64,000 nt of DNA from Dehalococcoidia bacterium (GTDB lineage Bacteria > Chloroflexota > Dehalococcoidia > Plut-88900). A program made the translations under genes and the position numbers. How positions within the stretch are numbered: position 1 is the stretch's first letter; each line of letters starts with the position of its first letter. Shown in pieces: positions 20,494 to 27,684 of the stretch. The stretch covers positions 1,280,001-1,344,000 of the forward strand of contig CBDBLV010000005.1 of NCBI GenBank assembly GCA_965207225.1, in the 5' to 3' direction. The notes beneath the pieces were generated by a model. The model was not told the origin of the DNA and searched no databases. It was given only the letters and a program-made list of their open reading frames with translations.

Positions 20494-20906
20494 CTACCCT
20501 TGCCACAGCCGCCGCACCCCATACCGGTCAAACAACGCCTCCCCGGATACCATTACTAGATTATGTCCCATTGCCTGTGCAATCAACACTCTGTCAAACG
20601 GGTCTCGATGATACATGGGGAGCATTCCTGCCCGCACTCCATCATCCACAGATATGGCCAGATCTTCGAATCCTTCTCCTGCTATTGCACCCTGCATATC
20701 AGGTACTAGTCGACTCGCTTCTTCCAACTTCCCTATCCGGTACTTGGTCGCTATTTCCCAAGCCGATGCCGCACTTATCAGCTTGTCATTGCCTTCATCT
20801 TCTTGTCATTGCCTTCATCTTCGATAGCTTCACGGGCAGTGACTGGCAATCTGGTATTCCCTTCAATCCACCAGAGAAAAGCGTGGGTGTCCAGCAGAAG
20901 ACGCAG
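20494..20906 (-). pseudogene. vapC: VapC/PIN-domain toxin, frameshifted by a 20-bp tandem duplication
   Basis: RLLLDTHAFLWW...EDEGNDK, then duplicated GAAGATGAAGGCAATGACAA, then LISAASAWEIATK...HRDPFDRVLIAQA in another frame. Confidence 0.85.
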
Positions 20907-21141
20907 CTATCCGCCCTCCCACAGCTTGAACTCTTCCTCCGGCAACGGGTCAAAGAAGCTGTCAGGAATCTTTATCTTGCCTTTCCAAGAGCCAAACTGC
21001 GGCTTTTCCCTTCGGCTTGCATTTCACCAACCGGGCCACCGGCCTCCCATTACGGGCAATCACCACTTCCTCCCCCGCTTCCACCTGCGCCAACAACTTC
21101 GATAGATTCGTCTTTGCTTCGCGCACATTCACCGTTGTCAT
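20907..21141 (-). pseudogene. Phd/YefM family antitoxin with a 1-nt frameshift
   Basis: MTTVNVREAKTNLSKLLAQVEAGEEVVIARNGRPVARL; the C-terminus PQFGSWKGKIKIPDSFFDPLPEEEFKLWEG is in the +1 frame after GGGAAAAG. Confidence 0.85.
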
Positions 21142-21170
21142 TTGAGTTCCTCTACGTCTGTTTGTTTCAA

Positions 21171-21194
21171 ATTATACATGACAACTCAATGTCA
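21171..21194 (-). promoter_or_regulatory. TA promoter -10 and palindromic operator
   Basis: TATAAT (minus strand, 21171-21176) next to the TGACA-N6-TGTCA inverted repeat (21179-21194). Confidence 0.55.
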
Positions 21195-21228
21195 CAACAT
21201 GCACATAGCATTATGACACATAATTTTC

Positions 21229-22614
21229 CTACCCCCGATACTCCAGCCTCGGCCCCCGCAGCCGCTCCTCCAAGCCCGTGTCCCCCATGAACTTCACCAG
21301 GTACTCGTGCATGTCCCGTGCCACATCCTCCCTCTCCCTGACCACGTTATGCTCCTGCCCGGGGTCCGACGCCCGGTGATACAACTCCGACTTCCCGGCT
21401 TCTGCCGCATACAGCAGCGACCACTCGTCGGTCGTCACCACCGTATTTGAGTGCACCCTCGCCCGACGCAGGAAGTTGTCCACATGCCTCACCTCTGCCC
21501 CGGGATTCGCGAAGGGCTTCCCGCTTATCACAAACTCCCTCCCCGGCAACGACAGATCATGCATCCTCCCCAGCAAGCTGTTTCCCTCCACGTGTTCGGG
21601 TATCGGCTGCTCTAGGATCTGCATCACCGTCGGCATCACATCCACAGCCGCTGTTAGCTTGTCGTACACCCCCGCCTTTACGCCTGGCACATACATAAGC
21701 AACGGTATGCGGATAATCTCGTCATACAGCGGGTCGTGGCCCCACCCCGCCCCCGCCTGCATCCATCCCGCAGCCGCCGTACCCTCCTCGTTCGTATATA
21801 CCGACTTCCCGAAATGCCCCCCGTGCTCCCCGAACAGGAACCCGTGGTCCGTGGTGAAGATGATCGCCGTCTTTTCCATCAACCCCATGTTCTCGACACA
21901 CCGAAGCAGGTACCCGACCCACGTGTCCACCATCGTCACCTCTCCGCAGTACGAAGCATGGGCCTTTTTCACCTTCGCCTCCGTGAACCCTGGAACGTCC
22001 TGCCAGCGGTTGTACGGCGGGTCTATCACCTCGCCGTCATAGTCCGGCATGTAGAGTTCTGTGTAGTAGTTCGGCGCATCCCACGGCTCATGAGGGTCCC
22101 AGGTATCGATGTAAAGGAAGAAGTTCTCCTTGTAGTGTCGCTGGAGCCACTGTGCTGCCCAAGTAAACGTCTGCGGCGCCGCATGGTCCGCCTCCGTCCT
22201 CCACCCCGACCTCAGGTCCCCCGATTCAGTCCTGAATTTCCCGGGGATGAGCGTAGCATCCTGGCTCGGGTTGAAGAAAAACCCCTGGAACCCCCGGTCG
22301 AAGTTCATCCCGTCCCGGATGTAATAAGGCGTATCGACCACCGCCGCCGTCACATATCCCTTCTCTGACAGTATGTCTGCCAGCGTTATGGAATGCGAAG
22401 GCAGCGGCTCCCAACCCATGAACGACATCGTCCACTGGCCCGTCTGGTGGTCCGCCCGAGCCGGCACCGTCGGAAAAGAAGATACGTAGTGCCCGTCAAA
22501 CCTCACCGACTTCGCCGCCAGCGAGTCCAAAGCCGGCGTTTTTATCCAATCGTTCCCATACGCCCCCATCCGGTCCCACCTGAACGTATCCGCCACTATC
22601 CATATAACGTTCAT
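21229..22614 (-). CDS. Sulfatase-like hydrolase (alkaline phosphatase superfamily)
   Basis: IVADTFR, xPTVPAR..TG, DPHEPW, IIFTTDHG, RIPL. Confidence 0.85.
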   Translation of the reverse strand: MNVIWIVADTFRWDRMGAYGNDWIKTPALDSLAAKSVRFDGHYVSSFPTVPARADHQTGQWTMSFMGWEPLPSHSITLADILSEKGYVTAAVVDTPYYIRDGMNFDRGFQGFFFNPSQDATLIPGKFRTESGDLRSGWRTEADHAAPQTFTWAAQWLQRHYKENFFLYIDTWDPHEPWDAPNYYTELYMPDYDGEVIDPPYNRWQDVPGFTEAKVKKAHASYCGEVTMVDTWVGYLLRCVENMGLMEKTAIIFTTDHGFLFGEHGGHFGKSVYTNEEGTAAAGWMQAGAGWGHDPLYDEIIRIPLLMYVPGVKAGVYDKLTAAVDVMPTVMQILEQPIPEHVEGNSLLGRMHDLSLPGREFVISGKPFANPGAEVRHVDNFLRRARVHSNTVVTTDEWSLLYAAEAGKSELYHRASDPGQEHNVVREREDVARDMHEYLVKFMGDTGLEERLRGPRLEYRG

Positions 22615-22656
22615 CTGTTAGCTTCTCCTAACTAAAAGTCAAAACCTGTATCCCAC

Positions 22657-22684
22657 TGCCATTCCGAGGCTCCGCGAGGAATCT
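22657..22684 (+). repeat. R1 copy
   Basis: TGCCATTCCGAGGCTCCGCGAGGAATCT. Confidence 0.75.
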
Positions 22685-22778
22685 GGGGTGGGGAATCGCC
22701 TTCGGATAACACAATGCATATTTCCTCAACGTTATCCGACAAGAATGTCGGAAACCCCTTGATCGACAGTCTTCTTCC

Positions 22779-24098
22779 TCAAGACACCATTACCGGATGC
22801 GGAATCGGCTGGTTGAACAGGTACCCCTTCATGTTGAACGACACCCGGTCCGGCTGCCTGTTCCCCCCCGAGTCCGTCGCCCGGGTCATTATCTTATGCT
22901 CCCCAGGCCTCGCATACCACGTAAACTCAAACCGCACCCACGAGTATTGCACCTGCGCCCCGGATATATCCGCTTCTCGCCACGTACCCCCCGAGTCCTC
23001 ACTCCACTCCACCTTGGCAATTTTCCCATGAGGAGAATGCGCAAATCCGTAAAGCCGGTGCTCGCCCGAGGACAGTCTTGCCAGCCAGGGCAGCGCCAGG
23101 GCGCTATTCACAACCTGCGTCGTAATATTCTGTCCATCCGCGAGATCCTCCCGCGGATACTCGTCTCCAATCAGCACATAGTGAGTCGTATTGTTGCGCG
23201 TCCAAATCATCTCTCTGGAGACCACAATGCTCTGGAGCCACTTGATTGAAGACGACCCCACCCACCCCGGCACCAGGGCCCGAAGCGGATAACCATGGTC
23301 CCGAGGCAAAGCCTCGCCGTTCAAGCTATATGCCAGGAGCGTATCCGCATGCATCGCCTTCTCTACCGGCAGCACCCGCCTGAAACCTCCCTCCGGCGAC
23401 TTCGCATCCAACCCGACCAACAGCACGCTTCGCGCATCCGCCTTGATTACGGCTTCCGTCAACACATCCCGCAGTGGCACTCCCGTCCACTCCCCGCTCC
23501 CCACTGCCCCCAACCCCCACTGAGTGCCGGTCGTCGTCTGGCCGTTCAGCTTTTCGAACATGGAACGGTGATTGCCCGCACACTCGAGGTAAGAAACGAC
23601 CGTCCGAGACGGCATCCTCCGAATGTCGTCATAGCTGAGCTCAACCGCCCCCGACACCCCGTCTCCCTCTATGCTCAGCCTCCACCCCGTCACATCCACG
23701 TCCACGCTTTCCGAGTTGTTTCGTACAAAGAAATATCGATTCGGAGTCGTAACCCCTTGGACGTTCTCCAACCGCGCCTCAAGGCTGCCATTGTGCCGTA
23801 TAAACGGCCCAGGATCTTTGAACCAAACCCGAGCTTCGTCCGCCTCAACAGGAGCGCCCGGCGTCGGAGCCGGCGTTGCCGTTGGAATCGCTGTCGGCAT
23901 TACCCCGCACGCCGCCAGCGCAGCAACCCCGCCCCCCGCCGCGGTCAGCTGCAGGAATCGCCGTCTGCTTATCCCCGTGACCCTTGCCAAAGCCCCGGAG
24001 CTGTCCGTCTCCTGGGTCTTCGCATGTCCTGGTGCCCCCTTACTGTCGACTTCGGATGGGTCCACGCTTATTCCACCTTTGCCCGTTCTCGCGGTCAA
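22779..24098 (-). CDS. Sulfite oxidase family molybdopterin oxidoreductase with Tat signal
   Basis: SRRRFLQL twin-arginine motif followed by lipobox-like ALAAC, FFVRN, LECAGN (Mo-Cys), HGYPLRALVPGW..SIKWL; start uncertain. Confidence 0.88.
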   Translation of the reverse strand: MTARTGKGGISVDPSEVDSKGAPGHAKTQETDSSGALARVTGISRRRFLQLTAAGGGVAALAACGVMPTAIPTATPAPTPGAPVEADEARVWFKDPGPFIRHNGSLEARLENVQGVTTPNRYFFVRNNSESVDVDVTGWRLSIEGDGVSGAVELSYDDIRRMPSRTVVSYLECAGNHRSMFEKLNGQTTTGTQWGLGAVGSGEWTGVPLRDVLTEAVIKADARSVLLVGLDAKSPEGGFRRVLPVEKAMHADTLLAYSLNGEALPRDHGYPLRALVPGWVGSSSIKWLQSIVVSREMIWTRNNTTHYVLIGDEYPREDLADGQNITTQVVNSALALPWLARLSSGEHRLYGFAHSPHGKIAKVEWSEDSGGTWREADISGAQVQYSWVRFEFTWYARPGEHKIMTRATDSGGNRQPDRVSFNMKGYLFNQPIPHPVMVS

Positions 24099-24269
24099 TC
24101 TTTGACAGGTTTTCTGGTACGTAACGCCCTAACGTTACCACCCCACCGACTCCCCATAAACCCCCACCCCCTAGACCCCCCCCGACCCCCCCACTCCATA
24201 TTGCACTATAATATCCGTCGCCCCAGCCCTGACACTACAGACGATATCCCCGACAAGGAGCAACCCCCG

Positions 24270-24482
24270 ATGGCAGCTGTTTCATGGAGCGAGGTCGCCA
24301 AGTATTTCGAAGACGCCTTCCCCCTCAAAGGCAGGGTCGAACGCCGGGACGTCATGGACCTCGCCGATGCAGACCTCGCCTCCGATGACGTAATAGACGC
24401 CATAGACGCCATTGGCTCCCGCGTCTTCCCCACCATAGAAGCCGCCAAAGACTTCCTCACCTCCCAGGGCTACATCTCCTAG
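24270..24482 (+). CDS. Small acidic hypothetical protein (70 aa, DUF2795-like)
   Basis: AAGGAG RBS, upstream TATAAT, MAAVSWSEVAKYFEDAFP... Confidence 0.65.
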   Translation: MAAVSWSEVAKYFEDAFPLKGRVERRDVMDLADADLASDDVIDAIDAIGSRVFPTIEAAKDFLTSQGYIS

Positions 24483-24500
24483 TCCCCTTACCTATTCTCC

Positions 24501-24640
24501 GTAGGCGCGACCGGCGGGTCGCCCTTCCCCTCTCCTTTTCCCTGTAGGGGCGATCCCTTATGGTTGCCCTGGGGAGGGGCCGCTCACCTTGAGGCACTCG
24601 AAGAGCCTGCCCCTGTGAAGGCAGGGGGTCGAGCGGGAGT
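24501..24640 (+). repeat. REP mosaic: two GTAG-family REPs (R4) plus R5
   Basis: GTAGGCGCGACCGGCGGGTCGCCC, GTAGGGGCGATCCCTTATGGTTGCCC, CCGCTCACCTTGAG...GTCGAGCGG. Confidence 0.8.
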
Positions 24641-24740
24641 GGCCCACGCATTTCCGAACCGTCACATACGTCTATGCAAAAGCAATCGAGGGCTGGCACA
24701 TGCCAGCCCCCGATGCTATTTCTCTCTATGAAACGCCAGC

Positions 24741-26774
24741 CTAAACAAACAGCGGCCCGAACACCACCGCCACTATCGCCATCAGCTTCAGCAGGATGTT
24801 CAGCGAAGGCCCCGACGTGTCCTTGAACGGGTCCCCGACCGTGTCCCCGACCACCGCCGCCTTGTGCGCATCCGACCCCTTGCCCCCGTGCTCGCCCTGC
24901 TCGATGAACTTCTTGGCGTTGTCCCAGGACCCGCCCGCGTTCGCCATCGTAATAGCAAGCAGGACTCCCGAGGCTATCGACCCAATCAGCAGCCCACCCA
25001 ACGCCTCGGGCCCCAGCACGATACCCACGATGATCGGCGTCACGATGGCTAGCAGGCCGGGCACGATCATCTCCCTGATCGCTCCCTGCGTGCTTATCGC
25101 CACCGCCCTGCCGTATTCGGGTCTCGCCGTCCCTTCCATGATTCCGGCGATTTCCCGGAACTGCCTCCGCACCTCGCTCACCATCGCATCCGCCGCCCGA
25201 CCCACCGCCTGCAGCGTCAGTGCCGAGAACAGGAACGGCATCAACCCTCCGACTATCAACCCGATCAACGAGCTTACGTCCAGCAGATCGATTATCGATA
25301 TGTCCACGGCCTCCGCGTAGGTCACCATCAGCGCCAGCGATGTCAGCACCGCCGACCCGATAGCGAAACCCTTGCCCGTCGCCGCCGTCGTGTTGCCCAG
25401 CGAGTCCAGCGAGTCCGTGCGCTCCCGAACCTCGGGCGGCAGGCCCGCCTGTTCGGCTATGCCTCCGGCGTTGTCTGCCACCGGCCCGTAGGCATCGGTG
25501 GCCAGCGTTATTCCAAGTGTCGAGAGCATTCCCACGGCTGCCAGCGCTATTCCGTATACACCCGCAAGCCAGTGCGCCAGCCAGATCGCCACTACTATCG
25601 AGACTATGGGAATGACCGCGCTCAGCATCCCCAGCCCCATCCCGCCGATTATCACCGTCGCTGGCCCGGTAAGCGCCTGCTTCGAAAGATTTCTGGTAAA
25701 TGGATACTCGTAGGATGTGAAGAACTCCGTGGCCGTGCCTATCACCTGGCCCGTCACCAGCCCCACCAGCACAACCCAGAACAGGTTGAAATCCATGTCC
25801 AAGACCGAAACCGCGATGCCCGTACCTATCAACACCAGCCCGCCCGACGTGAATATCCCCGTCCTAAGCGCCCACAGCAGCCTTCCCATCCCCGCACCCT
25901 CTCCGGTTCGTACCAGGAACGTCCCCAGCAACGAGGCAAATATCCCGATAGCAGCCACCAACAGAGGGAGCATGAAACCGTTGGAGTCGAAATCGCTAGT
26001 GTGCCCGACCAGCACCGCCGCCGTTGCAGCTAGTGAGAGTGTCGCTATCAGCGACCCGACATAAGACTCGAAAAGGTCTGCCCCCATCCCCGCCACGTCC
26101 CCAACGTTATCGCCCACGTTGTCTGCAATGGTCGCCGGGTTCCGGGGGTCGTCCTCCGGTATCCCCGCCTCCACCTTGCCCACCAGGTCCGCCCCGACAT
26201 CCGCAGCCTTCGTGTAGATGCCGCCCCCCACCCTCGCAAACAGCGCCACCGATGACGCCCCAAATCCGAATCCCGCCACGATGAACGGGTCCTTGAAAGT
26301 CCAGTACAGAGCCGTGACCCCGATCAGCCCGATCCCCACCACCGTGATCCCCATCACCGCCCCGCCCGAGAACGCCACTCGCAGCGCCGGGCCAAGCCCC
26401 TGCTGCGCTTTCGCCGTCGTCCTAGTGTTCGACCTCACCGCCACGTTCATCCCGATGAACCCCGCCAGCCCCGACGCCACCGCCCCCGCCAGGTACGAAA
26501 TCGCCGTCGCCGGCAACGTGCGTCCATCGCCCGCGATCCTGTCCAGCACATCCGCATCTATGAATATCCACAGGATGGCGAAGATGATCAGGCTGAAGAC
26601 CCCCAGGACGGCGTACTCCCTCTTGAGGAAGGCCATCGCCCCTTCCTGGATCGCCTTGCCGATCTCCCGCATCGTCTCGTTCCCCTCGTCCTGCCGAAGG
26701 ATATACATCACTAGGGCAATGGCGAACACCAGCGCGGTCGCGCCTGCAGCAAAGCTGATAACAATTGAAGTCAT
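24741..26774 (-). CDS. hppA: Membrane-bound cation-translocating pyrophosphatase (K+-dependent, probably Na+)
   Basis: GGGIYTKAADVGADLVGKVEAGIPEDDPRNPATIADNVGDNVGD, GNTTAATGKGFAIGS, GDTVGDPFKDTSGP. Confidence 0.95.
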   Translation of the reverse strand: MTSIVISFAAGATALVFAIALVMYILRQDEGNETMREIGKAIQEGAMAFLKREYAVLGVFSLIIFAILWIFIDADVLDRIAGDGRTLPATAISYLAGAVASGLAGFIGMNVAVRSNTRTTAKAQQGLGPALRVAFSGGAVMGITVVGIGLIGVTALYWTFKDPFIVAGFGFGASSVALFARVGGGIYTKAADVGADLVGKVEAGIPEDDPRNPATIADNVGDNVGDVAGMGADLFESYVGSLIATLSLAATAAVLVGHTSDFDSNGFMLPLLVAAIGIFASLLGTFLVRTGEGAGMGRLLWALRTGIFTSGGLVLIGTGIAVSVLDMDFNLFWVVLVGLVTGQVIGTATEFFTSYEYPFTRNLSKQALTGPATVIIGGMGLGMLSAVIPIVSIVVAIWLAHWLAGVYGIALAAVGMLSTLGITLATDAYGPVADNAGGIAEQAGLPPEVRERTDSLDSLGNTTAATGKGFAIGSAVLTSLALMVTYAEAVDISIIDLLDVSSLIGLIVGGLMPFLFSALTLQAVGRAADAMVSEVRRQFREIAGIMEGTARPEYGRAVAISTQGAIREMIVPGLLAIVTPIIVGIVLGPEALGGLLIGSIASGVLLAITMANAGGSWDNAKKFIEQGEHGGKGSDAHKAAVVGDTVGDPFKDTSGPSLNILLKLMAIVAVVFGPLFV

Positions 26775-26884
26775 TCGAAGAGGTCTCCTGACTGGAAATG
26801 ATTGAGGAGTCCGGGCCCCCCTGTCGGCAACGGATTGTATCGGCCCCCCGACCCCAGCGTCAACATTCCCCACCCCCAACCTCT

Positions 26885-27561
26885 CGTCATTACCGACTCC
26901 GAAGCGGCGGGGCCGGGTCCTATTCCCCGTAGGGGCAATCCCTCGTGGTTGCCCTGGGGCGGGGCCCCTCACCTTGAGCGGAGTCTACGGGTCGACCGAA
27001 CGGAACAGGATGGTGTCGATTCCCGTAGGGGCGACCGGCCGGTCGCCCTCCCCGGTGTGGAACCCCTCACCCTGAGCCGAGTCTGCGAGCCTGCCCCTGC
27101 AAAGGCAGGGGGTCGAGCGGGGGGTCTCGCCCCACCAATACGCCACCTCATTCTTCAGCCAGCCACACTCCTCACTGTCATTCCGATGCCCCGCGAGGAA
27201 TCTACAGCGCCTATCGAAAAAATACGCCCTTTCCTGTCCCTCAACCAGTTCATCTTTGTCCCTGCTGTTGGGCCGCTCACCCTGAGCTTAGTCGAAGTGC
27301 GAGCGGAGGGGTGGCCCTCGGCCCATCATTACTCCACCTCAGTCTACGACCAGCCCACACCCCTCACTGTCATTCCGATGCCCCGCGAGGAATCTAGGAC
27401 TTGCCCACTCACGCCTTTTACCTCCTCTCCCCTCCCTCTTCCCAGTACTGAACAGAGGCGGAGGTTGGCGCTAAAGCGCCAACCTCCGCCTCTGTTCTTC
27501 TCTCCCCCTCTCCCTTAAAGGCCCTAAGGGAGAGGGGGACTAAGGGGGTGAGGGTTCCCCT
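26885..27561 (+). repeat. Large REP mosaic (R4 x2, R5 x3, R1 x2, R3)
   Basis: R4 at 26929 and 27025; R5 at about 26965, 27063 and 27272; R1 at 27176 and 27368; R3 at 27443-27561. Confidence 0.85.
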
Positions 27562-27593
27562 GGGGCCCGGGGGGAACTCCCCCAATTGTACAT

Positions 27594-27622
27594 TTGCACT
27601 ATCTGAACTCCCGTGCTATACT
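27594..27622 (+). promoter_or_regulatory. Sigma70-type promoter of element A
   Basis: TTGCAC-17 bp-TATACT with extended TG; nearly identical to the promoter at 51231-51259. Confidence 0.7.
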
Positions 27623-27684
27623 ACACCCCAGGCCGCCGACCTCACACCTCGGCGCCCATCACAATGCAGGATCAAAGGAGTCCC

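Noticed and set aside
21000-21012. Programmed -1 frameshift at G-GGA-AAA in the antitoxin
   Set aside because: The conserved C-terminus is in the +1 frame, not -1; a single-base insertion explains it.
26802-27518. 238-aa ORF upstream of hppA
   Set aside because: Consists of R1/R3/R4/R5 repeat translations, with a TTG start and no evident RBS or promoter.
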